Shown in pieces: positions 18,893 through 27,039 of a stretch of DNA of 32,000 nt (positions are counted from its first letter, which is position 1; every line of letters begins with the position of its first letter). The translations under genes and the position numbers were made by a program. The stretch lies in assembly GCF_000020025.1 (NCBI RefSeq), contig NC_010628.1:1980001-2012000 (forward strand), in the 5' to 3' direction. Under the pieces are notes generated by a model that made no database searches, was not told the origin of the DNA, and was given only the letters and a program-made list of their open reading frames with translations. The DNA is from Nostoc punctiforme PCC 73102. GTDB lineage: Bacteria > Cyanobacteriota > Cyanobacteriia > Cyanobacteriales > Nostocaceae.

Positions 18893-19180
18893 GGGAGTTA
18901 AAACTTGAAAGTTGAGCTTCTGAGGTTCAACGTTCACCTTCTGAGGCTCAACGTTCACCTTCTGAGGCTCAACGTTCACCTTCTGAGGCTCAACGCTCAC
19001 CTTCTGAGGTTCAACGTTCACCTTCAGAAGCTCAACGTTCACCTTCAGAAGCTCAACGTCCACCTTCTGAGGCTCAACGTTCACCTTCTGAGGCTCAACG
19101 TTCACCTTCTGAGGCTCAACTTCCACCTTCAGAAGCTCAACTTTCATCTTTTGAGGCTCAACGTCTAAGTTTTAACTCCC
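18893..19180. repeat. 21-bp tandem array (11 full units at 18926-19156, consensus CTCAACGTTCACCTTCTGAGG) bounded by 24-nt inverted repeats
   Basis: Units were delimited by hand, and four are identical to the consensus. The left flank GGGAGTTAAAACTTGAAAGTTGAG (18893-18916) matches the reverse complement of the right flank CTCAACGTCTAAGTTTTAACTCCC (19157-19180) at 21 of 24 positions. Confidence 0.9.
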
Positions 19181-19201
19181 CTCCCTCCTGCCTAATGCCC
19201 A

Positions 19202-20269
19202 ATGCATCTGTGTTTGAGACGCATTATATTTAAAAAAAATGCATATCTAAATTTGACTAAACCATTTAAGACAATTTTTACTGAACACCGCGTACTTTGG
19301 GCTGTTTTACTCCTTAGTGCAGCACTGGTGATAACACTAGCGCTGTCGCTTTCTCAAGGAGCAGTACCTTTAAGTATGTCGGAATTTTGGCAAGCCATAC
19401 TCCACAAAGGCGATCCGGTTAAACAGACAATTCTTTGGGATTTACGTCTCCCACGCATTACGGCTGCTCTCATTGTCGGCGCAGCTTTGGGAATGTCAGG
19501 AGCATTACTGCAAGGGATGTTACGAAATAGTCTTGCCGATCCATTTATTTTGGGGATTTCTGCGGGTGCTGGATTAATTGTGATTGTGATGATTGTGTGG
19601 CAAATATTCCCGATCGCAATTCCTTTAGCAGCGTGGATGGGGGCAATTTTGACTTCTGCGATCGTTATTTTACTCGGTCGTGCGGGTTCGGGAATTTCGG
19701 TTGAGCGGTTGATTTTAGGCGGTGTGGCGGTGAGTTCTTTGTTTGGTGCAGTACAAAGTACATTGCTGCTTTTAGCTGAAGATGGTCAAATTCAAATTGC
19801 GCTCAGTTGGCTGGTTGGTAGTCTTAATGGACGCGGTTGGCAAGAAATTTCGACGGCTGGCCCTTACATTATTGTTGCATTGATCGGGGGATGCTTACTG
19901 GCGCGATCGGTAAATGTGCTGGCTTTGGGCGATGATTTGGCTGTGGGTTTGGGGGTTTCGTTGACGCGATCGCGCTTGTTAATTGGTGGTGTCGCCACTC
20001 TCTTAGCCGCAGGTGCAGTCAGCATCAGTGGTTTGATTGGATTTGTTGGTCTTGTTGTCCCCCACGGTGTCCGCCTCATTGTTGGTACAGATCATCGCTT
20101 TGTTCTACCGCTTTCCGCCCTTGCCGGTGCATGGTTACTGACTTTTGCAGATTTACTCTCTAGATTAGGAGCAGTAGAACTACCAGTAGGTTCTGTCACC
20201 GCTTTGCTGGGTTCACCGCTATTTATCTGGTTACTTTATCGTCGTTCTGCTGGGTTTAATAAATTTTGA
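19202..20269 (+). CDS. FecCD/BtuC-family ABC transporter permease (iron-siderophore/cobalamin type)
   Basis: About 9-10 TM helices with family blocks [40 protein letters not shown] and [18 protein letters not shown]. The start is uncertain: ATG 19202, or in-frame TTG 19253. Confidence 0.85.
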   Translation: MHLCLRRIIFKKNAYLNLTKPFKTIFTEHRVLWAVLLLSAALVITLALSLSQGAVPLSMSEFWQAILHKGDPVKQTILWDLRLPRITAALIVGAALGMSGALLQGMLRNSLADPFILGISAGAGLIVIVMIVWQIFPIAIPLAAWMGAILTSAIVILLGRAGSGISVERLILGGVAVSSLFGAVQSTLLLLAEDGQIQIALSWLVGSLNGRGWQEISTAGPYIIVALIGGCLLARSVNVLALGDDLAVGLGVSLTRSRLLIGGVATLLAAGAVSISGLIGFVGLVVPHGVRLIVGTDHRFVLPLSALAGAWLLTFADLLSRLGAVELPVGSVTALLGSPLFIWLLYRRSAGFNKF

Positions 20270-20563
20270 GCTAATCCGCTTAGATTAAAGCCAAAATTGT
20301 TTTCTAGCTTAGGTTGAGACTATAAAATAATATCCTTTACGCCTAAGTGTATAAAAAACCTGCCAAATTGGCTGTATAAGTTTGGTTGTCTTTGGTAAAG
20401 TATTAAAAGTAAATTACTTGTGGGCTATATATACCGAGCTTTACTATACTTTTAAAAGCATTTGGCTAAGTCTGCTCATTTTGCTTTGCTAACGGAATAA
20501 TAAAAATTGCTGGTGTATTCACTACAACAGCAACAAGCAGAATGATCGGCTTTGGTTTATTTA

Positions 20564-20589
20564 CTTCGTCAATTTTAAAATTGACGAGG
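20564..20589. terminator. Perfect palindrome TCGTCAATTTT/AAAATTGACGA between the convergent FecCD and SMR genes
   Basis: 11-bp perfect arms (20566-20587), with a T-run (GTATTTTTATTT) on the plus side. It sits 10 bp beyond the SMR stop codon, and the minus-strand side lacks a U tract. Confidence 0.45.
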
Positions 20590-20598
20590 TATTTTTAT

Positions 20599-20919
20599 TT
20601 ATTTACTTGCATTTATACCAATTACCCCCATAATTATTAGGGCGATCGACAAAACTTTGGTAAATGTAGCTGATTCACGAAACCAAATAATACCAATAAT
20701 CGCAATTAGGACAGTTCCCAACCCAGCCCAGACAGAATAAGCCACGCTTACTTCAAGTCTCTTGAGAGCAAGAGTTAAAAAACTAAAACAAAGTCCATAA
20801 AAAACAAATATTAATACTGAAGGGACTAATTTAGTAAATCCTTCTGATAACTTCATGCAAGTTGTGCCTGAAACCTCAAAAAGTATTGCTGCGATGAGAT
20901 AAATCCAACTTGTTGACAT
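20599..20919 (-). CDS. SMR-family small multidrug-resistance efflux protein (EmrE/QacE-like, 106 aa)
   Basis: Four TM helices. It aligns closely by eye to E. coli EmrE (YLIAAILFEVSGTTCMKLSEGFTKL with the essential Glu; AYSVWAGLGTVLIA). Confidence 0.88.
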   Translation of the reverse strand: MSTSWIYLIAAILFEVSGTTCMKLSEGFTKLVPSVLIFVFYGLCFSFLTLALKRLEVSVAYSVWAGLGTVLIAIIGIIWFRESATFTKVLSIALIIMGVIGINASK

Positions 20920-21226
20920 ATCTTTTGTGAGCGGTTTGTTACCAGTCTTTTATTATCTCCATGAAAACAATAAAATACAACACTTTTTATTGATATTATT
21001 GATTGAGCAAATCCTCTAATACCAATTATTTGTTAAACTGCCCAAAATAATCTGGTTCAAACTTGCGGCAAAATAACCTGATTTAGGAACAATCTAAAAT
21101 GTATTAGGTATATTATTGTTACTAACAAATAGGTTATTAATTCCGATGCTTGGCTTCTCAAATAAGCTAGGTATCTATCTACCTAATATTAGCTTATACC
21201 GTTTTTTTGTGAAGCTGCATATATTT

Positions 21227-21277
21227 ACCCCCCGGCTGTCGCCGTCCCCCCTTGCCAAGGTGGGACTACAGGGGGGT
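21227..21277. repeat. Dispersed C6/G6 hairpin repeat (ACCCCCC...CCCCCCTTGCCAAGGTGGG...GGGGGGT)
   Basis: Read directly. A related CCCCC/GGGG hairpin element lies at 27882-27958. It explains the spurious ORF at 21116-21328. Confidence 0.5.
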
Positions 21278-21373
21278 TTTGTTATGTGCATCTTCATAGA
21301 GAATTGGTATTACAAGCACATTTTATAAATTATAAATTAGAGAATTATTAAATTCAAGTCTCTCTTGTCGAGT

Positions 21374-21424
21374 TTACCGAACCTCTCTAGTTCAGATTAC
21401 CCTACATTTATTGTGGTTCGGTAA
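21374..21424. promoter_or_regulatory. Perfect 10-bp inverted repeat TTACCGAACC ... GGTTCGGTAA upstream of hspA
   Basis: Arms at 21374-21383 and 21415-21424 with a 31-nt spacer. A third half-site-like ACCGAA lies about 21449-21454. The second arm ends 124 bp upstream of the hspA ATG (21549). Confidence 0.3.
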
Positions 21425-21548
21425 TCATCATAAATCATGTGATAAAAACCGAATTTACACCACTTTTATTTTTAAATACTATGAAAAGCAAGGAAACAAA
21501 TCCTCAATTAGTCGAACAGCAAACATACTGATTATACGAGGTAGAAAG

Positions 21549-21989
21549 ATGGCATTAGTACGTTTGAACCCCTGGCAAGAATTGAACACAATACAACGTC
21601 AAATCAATCGTTTATTTGATGAAGAAACTTTACCATCTGCATTTTTAGAGAGAGGCTACTCTAGAGTTCCTGCTGCTGAGTTAAAAGAAACTGAAGATGC
21701 AATTCATCTAAAAGTGGAACTTCCAGGAATTGAGACTAAAGACCTGGATTTGCAAGTTACAGAAAATGCTGTATACCTCAGTGGTGAGCGGAAGTCTGAA
21801 GCTAAATCTGAAGAGAAAGGTGTAATCAAGAGCGAATTCCACTACGGTAAATTCCAACGTGTAATTCCTTTACCTACTCGGATTCAAAATACTAACGTCA
21901 AGGCAGATTATAAAGATGGCATCTTGAACCTAACGCTACCCAAAGCTGAAGAAGAAAAGAACAAAGTCGTCAAAGTTAATCTAGCATAA
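21549..21989 (+). CDS. hspA: Hsp20/alpha-crystallin small heat-shock protein (146 aa)
   Basis: I place the start at ATG 21549, preceded by GAGGTAG. The product MALVRLNPWQELNTIQRQINRLFDE...PAAELKETEDAIHLKVELPGI...DGILNLTLPK is a classical alpha-crystallin domain. The track ORF from TTG 21411 adds an implausible leader. Confidence 0.92.
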   Translation: MALVRLNPWQELNTIQRQINRLFDEETLPSAFLERGYSRVPAAELKETEDAIHLKVELPGIETKDLDLQVTENAVYLSGERKSEAKSEEKGVIKSEFHYGKFQRVIPLPTRIQNTNVKADYKDGILNLTLPKAEEEKNKVVKVNLA

Positions 21990-22037
21990 TCTGGCTAATT
22001 TCTGCTTTATATCTGCTAGCTATTTATTAAACTAAAT

Positions 22038-22069
22038 AAAAAGCGCTCCCTTTTTGGAGAGCGCTTTTT
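22038..22069. terminator. Bidirectional intrinsic terminator AAAAAGCGCTC-CCTTTTTGG-AGAGCGCTTTTT
   Basis: A GC-rich 6-bp core is extended by A/T pairs, with an A-run before and a T-run after. It therefore works on both strands, between convergent hspA and the ferredoxin gene. Confidence 0.8.
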
Positions 22070-22239
22070 AGTGTGACTAACTGAGGCTATATAGATTTAT
22101 TAGGAAAGTGCAAAATTTTAAATCTTGTAGAGTGTGTTATCGCCAAGAGTACGACATTACATCAGATTTTAGGTGCGCTAGGACAAATGTTCTAACTTAC
22201 CTTACAATATTTGCTCTTTATTAAATCTACATTTCTTAG

Positions 22240-22539
22240 TTAACCGTTAAGCTCATCTTCTTGATTGGTTAGGATTACACAGTCAGAAGTTGGCTTGGCA
22301 ACGCAGGTGAGAACCCATCCTGCGTCTATTTGATCGTCGTCTAAGAAGTTTTGATCTGATTGGTCAACTGTACCTGAAATCAGCTTACCAGCGCAGGTTG
22401 AGCAAGAACCAGCATTACATGAATAAGGCAAGTCCATGTCATTTTCTTCGTTAGCGATCTCTAAGATGTAATCATCTTCAGAAACTTCAATAGTTTTTTC
22501 TTCATCTGGAGTCTTTAATGTGACTTTATAAGTTGCCAT
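22240..22539 (-). CDS. Plant-type [2Fe-2S] ferredoxin, divergent paralogue (99 aa)
   Basis: MATYKVTL...[17 protein letters not shown]...[15 protein letters not shown] carries the four canonical Cys ligands. Asn replaces the usual Arg in the CRAGSC motif. Confidence 0.9.
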   Translation of the reverse strand: MATYKVTLKTPDEEKTIEVSEDDYILEIANEENDMDLPYSCNAGSCSTCAGKLISGTVDQSDQNFLDDDQIDAGWVLTCVAKPTSDCVILTNQEDELNG

Positions 22540-22642
22540 GTAACAATCCCTAGCTAAATCTGAACTACATTGTTGATCCTACGGGTTTATGTGCTGCTAG
22601 TCTAGAGTTAAATGTGGTTGATTACTCTACATCCTGAAGTGC

Positions 22643-23545
22643 TTAGTGTGAATTGGAAGTGAGAGTAAAAAATTCTGCGATCGCTTCAGCAAATCCCTCA
22701 AATGAACTATAGTCCCTAGACACGATGGAGACATTCACACCCAACTTTCGCGCATTGGCAGTTGTATAAGGGCCAAAACATGCAACAATGCAACCTTCAT
22801 AGTCACTTTGCGAGTTGACCATTGTCAAAAAGCTTTCTACTTCCGCCGTGCTACTAAAGGCAATGACATCAATCATTCCTTGATGTATCAGGTTTAATTC
22901 AATACTATAGATACTTGTGTTTAAGCCCTGTGTAATATATGTGGGTACGCGAATTACTTCTGTGCCCAATTGCTGCAAATCCGTAATTAAATTGGGTACA
23001 ACATCAGGCTCAGGCAAACCAACAACTTCTGGTGCAGGTATCAGCACTTTTTTGTTATGAATTTGCGGAATTTTCGCTAATTCCGCCACAATTCCGGCTG
23101 GACTAGATTCTGTTGGAATTAAATCTACCTTGCCACAAAAAGACAATAGGCTTTCTGCATCTTTTCCCAAAGCACATAATTGGCATTTTTCTACCACAGA
23201 TACAGGAATATTTAAATCATTCATCCGGTGAAAAAATGCAGTGATGCCATTTCTACTTGTGAAGACAATCCAATCAAATTCAGCTATATGGTTGAGAGCA
23301 GCATCTAACTTAGCGTAGTTTGATAAATAGCAGGTTTCGATAGTAGGCATGAAAACAGGTAAACCACCTTGTTTGATAATTTGTTCAGATAACCTATAAG
23401 CATAATTTCTCGGTGCTGTTACTAAAATTCTCTTGCCATATAGAGGTAACTCTCTAGATGGAGTAAGTATGTTGAGTTGTTTTGATTGGCTGTGCATTTG
23501 TTTATCAATAAATGATATAAGCTCAACCTTATCCAAAATAAGCAT
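22643..23545 (-). CDS. Uroporphyrinogen-III synthase (HemD/HEM4) family protein with an N-terminal extension of about 35 aa (300 aa)
   Basis: HEM4-like blocks are GKRILVTAPRN, DWIVFTSRNGITAFF, ALGKDAESL, KKVLIPAPE, VIAFSSTAEVESF and CFGPYTANARKLG. Whether it is catalytically authentic cannot be judged. Confidence 0.65.
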   Translation of the reverse strand: MLILDKVELISFIDKQMHSQSKQLNILTPSRELPLYGKRILVTAPRNYAYRLSEQIIKQGGLPVFMPTIETCYLSNYAKLDAALNHIAEFDWIVFTSRNGITAFFHRMNDLNIPVSVVEKCQLCALGKDAESLLSFCGKVDLIPTESSPAGIVAELAKIPQIHNKKVLIPAPEVVGLPEPDVVPNLITDLQQLGTEVIRVPTYITQGLNTSIYSIELNLIHQGMIDVIAFSSTAEVESFLTMVNSQSDYEGCIVACFGPYTTANARKLGVNVSIVSRDYSSFEGFAEAIAEFFTLTSNSH

Positions 23546-23591
23546 TGGGATTTAGATGGGGTTGACAGCAACAGATAAATTCCTGACTTCT

Positions 23592-26500
23592 TCACCGGCA
23601 TCCTCGACTGAGTAGCAACTTTCCATTAGCCAGTCGATAAAGCCCTTCTGCTTCGATAATAGGGTCGCCTTTTTTCCAAGCACGTGATGTTGGTTCAATA
23701 TTACGCACTTTACCAGTAGAATATGCTGAAATTAATCCACTCCCTGGACTATTACGTAAAGCACCAGAACCAGTGATGAAGAATGTACCACCTTGCTTGG
23801 AACTGCGTGAAATGCAACTATTGGCGATGAGTGCATTGGTATCGATGACGTTTGGAGATGCTCCAGTAAAACTGTTTTGAATGGAACTGGTATCGGGTGC
23901 GTTAATATTAGTGATACCTGAAACACCTAATTGAGAACTTGCAGTAATATCACTTTTTTCGGTCAGCTTTGTCCGCGACTCGATACCAAAGATACCTTGC
24001 GAGTTGATTTGGACTTTCCCACCGGAACCAGTGTATGCATTGGCGCTGATGTCGCTGTTTTCTTCGGGGATGGCGACGATAAATCTAGAGTTGATATTGA
24101 TGTTACCGCCATTTCCACCAGCTTGGCTTCTACCTGCGGTGGTTGAAATTAAACCGCGATCGCGCAAAAATAATAAACCATTGATATCGAGGGTGATATT
24201 ACCACCATTACCTGTATTTGTGAAAGAAGCAATACCGCTACCTTTACCAATAATTTCCAGAAAATTAGCCTTAATTCTAATATTTCCAGCGTCACCCGTA
24301 CCGATGCTGCCGGAAACAATTTCAGCATCATCACGTACAATCAGGCGATTGGTAGTAATATCTATATCACCACCTTTACCATTAGCCCCTTCGTCAACTG
24401 ATGATAGTAATCCATCTGCAAACTCACTATCTGAACCAGTCAGGATAATGTTATCAGCTTTTACCGTTAAATTACCTGCGTTTCCATTTCCCTGAGTTGC
24501 TGATGATATCTGTGATTCTTCTTGTACATTTAATAGTTGAGTTTTGATGCTGATATTGCCTGCATTGCCTTTAGCTTCACTGTCAACCTGAGTTCTGATA
24601 CTACTACTTCCGCGTAAATCAATTTGATTGGCATTAATCCCAATATTTCCCGCATTACCTTGACCGAATGTAGAGGCAGAAATTTGTCCGTTATTGCTAA
24701 GGTTTAAGCGTCCTGTTATAACGTCAATGTTTCCCCCAGAACCAATTCCTCGCGTTTGTAATTCGGCAAATAAACCTGATGGTGCTGAACCATTTAATCC
24801 TTCTCCACCAACCCCATTAATATCAATAGAATCAGTAGCATGAACCACCAAATTACCCCCTTGTCCCTGCCCCAATAACACTGAGGTTGATATATTTCCA
24901 CCATTACTCAATCGCAACCTTTCCGTGTCAATAGTTATTGTGCCACCTCGGACATCGGTATTACTTCCAGTAACATTCGAGGATAAGTTACTTATCTCAT
25001 AAAAACCCCCGAACCGAGACAGAATTTCTTGTGTTAGAGGCTCAGACAAAAATTCTTCCGCAGCAACTTGGTCTAGTCTAGCCAACAACTGTTCTTTAGG
25101 TACGAAAATAAACCCATCCAATTCTACATCTTTGGCGCGGATAGTAATATTCCCGGCATTACCACTGCTTCTAGTGGATGTGCTCCTTATATTTCCTCCT
25201 TGACTGACAGTGACTCGCGGTGTTTCAATTGCTACATTACCTCCATTTCCTGAACCAGAAGATGTACTGCTTGATACATTGCTAGAGAAACCGCTAATCT
25301 CTACGTATTCACTAGCTTTAATAAAAATGTTAGCTGCATTTGCACTGCTAGAAGTATCTGTACTGATATAACCCGCATCTTTGAGACTGAGTCGCTGGGT
25401 TTCAATGGTAATATCCCCTGCTGTTGCTTGAGTTGTACTTCCAAATGGTGTAGCAATACCTGTAGATATATTACTTTTAGTCACCTCAACGGCATTCCGA
25501 GCCTGAATGAAAATAGAACCGACATTTCCACCACCAGATCCAGTTGCTGTTACTCCCTCCCCTAATAAATTATTTTGAAGTCGCAAAGTGCCTGTTTCAA
25601 TCCGCAGATTACCTGTTGAACCCGAACTTAAGCTTCCGAGTCTTAAAGAGCCTTTATCAGTGATATTGACAGCATCTGTTGATCGCACAGTCAAGTTTCC
25701 TGCATTACCTGCACCTCCAGACCCAACAGAGACAAAGCCACCATTGATATTAACCGAGTCCGTAGCATTTAAAGTCAGGTTCCCTCCACTGCCTTGGCCA
25801 AAACTCAATGCAGAGAGAATACCGCTATTTTCTGCTATTCCATCTCCAGTAATTGCGATTTTCCCGGCATTGATGCTAATGTCGCCACCCCCACCCGTAG
25901 CAGAAGCGCTACTAGCAGATAAAATCGTACTGCTGTTAGCAAGAGTTACTGCATTGCTAGCTTGAATTTGAATATCACCACCCTTCGCTGTACCAGTAGT
26001 ACCACTCTGAATTCCAGCGCCGTTATCTAAATTCAATTGAGTCGCATCAACAAAAATTGAGCCGCCATTGCTACCAAAAATAAATGAACTATTTAAGCCA
26101 ATCTGACCCCCAAATAATTCAATTGCACTATTTCCAGTTGCAACGATAAAGCTGTCATTTGTTAAGTTGATGGGTGCGCGTCCGAAATTTTCTGGTAATT
26201 TAAAACCCAATGAGGAACCCTTGACATTTAGGCCAACAGTTGTATCTATCCCAACTGCTCCCAATTTAACTTGTCCATTTTGAGTAAACAAATAACTACC
26301 ATCCAAGGTGATTTCACCGCCAATAAGTGCTAGTGTGCTACCAGAGCCAACACGTAAAGCATCAACAATATTTCCCTGTGAATTCAGAATTACTGCTTGG
26401 CTAGTAATATTTCCAGATTGTGAACCAAACTGCAAACCAACAGGTACATTGATACTCAACAATGGCTGCGGTTGTGGATTTGTAGCGCTAAACTCTACCC

Positions 26501-26939
26501 CATTGGGAAAAATTAAACTATTTGCTGTTGTCCCCAAAAAAGAACCTTGTATATCTAAACTGGCATTTTTACCAAACACAATGCCATTGGGATTTAGCAA
26601 AAACAAATTTGCATCGCCTAATACTCCCAATCTCCCAAAAATGTTAGATGAATTACCACCAGTAACGCGAGAAAAAATATTTGTTATCCCGTCTGGATTG
26701 GCGAAATAAACGCCTCGACCAACACCGACGTTAAAATCTTGAAAGCTGTGAAATAGGTTACTACTACGAGCCGCACCGCCATCGATAATGTCATTATTTC
26801 GATCGAAAGGAATGACTTGCGATCGCTCTTTCCCCAAGCTGTTATCGGGAGTTAACTGAGCAAAAGCAGGATGAATAGAAACTGCAACTGCTCCCACGCA
26901 CCCCAACCATCCTGCGACGCTAAACCGCAAAATTTTCAT
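23592..26939 (-). CDS. TPS-domain (filamentous-haemagglutinin N-terminal domain) beta-helix exoprotein, TpsA-like (1115 aa)
   Basis: Signal peptide ...SIHPAFA|Q. TPS domain: NLFHSFQDFNVGVGRGVYFANPDGITNIFSRVTGGNSSNIFGRLGVLGDANLFLLNPNGIVFG (NPNGI motif). More than 20 degenerate GxxGN(I/L)x(I/V) beta-helix rungs follow. The Cys-containing C-terminal region reads CISRSSKQGGTFFITGSGALRNSPG...LLLSRGCR. Confidence 0.9.
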   Translation of the reverse strand: MKILRFSVAGWLGCVGAVAVSIHPAFAQLTPDNSLGKERSQVIPFDRNNDIIDGGAARSSNLFHSFQDFNVGVGRGVYFANPDGITNIFSRVTGGNSSNIFGRLGVLGDANLFLLNPNGIVFGKNASLDIQGSFLGTTANSLIFPNGVEFSATNPQPQPLLSINVPVGLQFGSQSGNITSQAVILNSQGNIVDALRVGSGSTLALIGGEITLDGSYLFTQNGQVKLGAVGIDTTVGLNVKGSSLGFKLPENFGRAPINLTNDSFIVATGNSAIELFGGQIGLNSSFIFGSNGGSIFVDATQLNLDNGAGIQSGTTGTAKGGDIQIQASNAVTLANSSTILSASSASATGGGGDISINAGKIAITGDGIAENSGILSALSFGQGSGGNLTLNATDSVNINGGFVSVGSGGAGNAGNLTVRSTDAVNITDKGSLRLGSLSSGSTGNLRIETGTLRLQNNLLGEGVTATGSGGGNVGSIFIQARNAVEVTKSNISTGIATPFGSTTQATAGDITIETQRLSLKDAGYISTDTSSSANAANIFIKASEYVEISGFSSNVSSSTSSGSGNGGNVAIETPRVTVSQGGNIRSTSTRSSGNAGNITIRAKDVELDGFIFVPKEQLLARLDQVAAEEFLSEPLTQEILSRFGGFYEISNLSSNVTGSNTDVRGGTITIDTERLRLSNGGNISTSVLLGQGQGGNLVVHATDSIDINGVGGEGLNGSAPSGLFAELQTRGIGSGGNIDVITGRLNLSNNGQISASTFGQGNAGNIGINANQIDLRGSSSIRTQVDSEAKGNAGNISIKTQLLNVQEESQISSATQGNGNAGNLTVKADNIILTGSDSEFADGLLSSVDEGANGKGGDIDITTNRLIVRDDAEIVSGSIGTGDAGNIRIKANFLEIIGKGSGIASFTNTGNGGNITLDINGLLFLRDRGLISTTAGRSQAGGNGGNININSRFIVAIPEENSDISANAYTGSGGKVQINSQGIFGIESRTKLTEKSDITASSQLGVSGITNINAPDTSSIQNSFTGASPNVIDTNALIANSCISRSSKQGGTFFITGSGALRNSPGSGLISAYSTGKVRNIEPTSRAWKKGDPIIEAEGLYRLANGKLLLSRGCR

Positions 26940-26972
26940 AATTTTGAACGCCCTATTTTTCTATTACTGCCC

Positions 26973-27006
26973 AGATCCCCAAAAACTTTTACGAAGTTGG
27001 GGATCT
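26973..27006. repeat. Hairpin AGATCCCCAA..AACTT-TTAC-GAAGTTGGGGATCT between the DUF928 and TpsA genes
   Basis: Read directly. The arm sequence (GATCCCC..ACTT / AAGT..GGGGATC) is the same family as 11818-11846. Confidence 0.55.
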
Positions 27007-27039
27007 AAATCATCATTTCTATTCGCAGAATTTTTCCAG

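Noticed and set aside
18860-19168. ORFs of 95 aa (minus strand, VEPQKVN heptads) and 87 aa (plus strand, LNVHLLR heptads) inside the 21-bp array, plus a third open frame (QRSPSEA) that at first looked constrained.
   Set aside because: The period is a multiple of 3 and the unit has a stop in only some frames, so open frames are automatic. The CTGAGG to CAGAAG double change is synonymous in the QRSPSEA frame, which at first suggested coding. Tabulating all 8 variant positions gave syn:nonsyn ratios of 3:5, 3:5 and 2:6, so no frame is favoured. The QRSPSEA frame also has no start codon before 19195.
18893-19180. Possible CRISPR array.
   Set aside because: The units abut directly with no unique spacers, the unit length is only 21 bp, and no cas genes are present.
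18869-19201. Cobalamin riboswitch upstream of the FecCD/BtuC-type permease.
   Set aside because: The interval is almost entirely the 21-bp array. No B12-box-like sequence or multi-stem junction is visible.
20920-21110. Guanidine riboswitch (ykkC or mini-ykkC) upstream of the SMR gene.
   Set aside because: I read the minus-strand leader and found no paired ACGR-loop hairpins and no ykkC-like conserved blocks.
21116-21548. ORF 21116-21328, and the TTG-initiated 46-aa extension of the hspA ORF (21411-21548).
   Set aside because: The first ORF reads through a C6/G6 hairpin repeat. For hspA, the ATG at 21549 has a GAGG Shine-Dalgarno sequence and yields a canonical Hsp20 N-terminus.
22620-22631. 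NtcA-like site (GTAGAGTAATCAAC on the minus strand, that is GTA-N8-AAC) upstream of the ferredoxin gene.
   Set aside because: It deviates from GTA-N8-TAC, I could not place a convincing -10 box at the right spacing, and a single near-match is expected by chance.
23592-23920. CdiA-like C-terminal toxin with a downstream immunity gene.
   Set aside because: The non-repeat tail is only ~110 aa with no recognisable toxin motif or VENN-type demarcation. The next gene is HemD-like rather than a small immunity ORF.
23732-26709. Antisense and alternative-frame ORFs (up to 163 aa) within the TpsA gene.
   Set aside because: The repetitive GGN/AAT-rich coding sequence leaves other frames open by chance. 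The products are Pro/Leu-rich nonsense.
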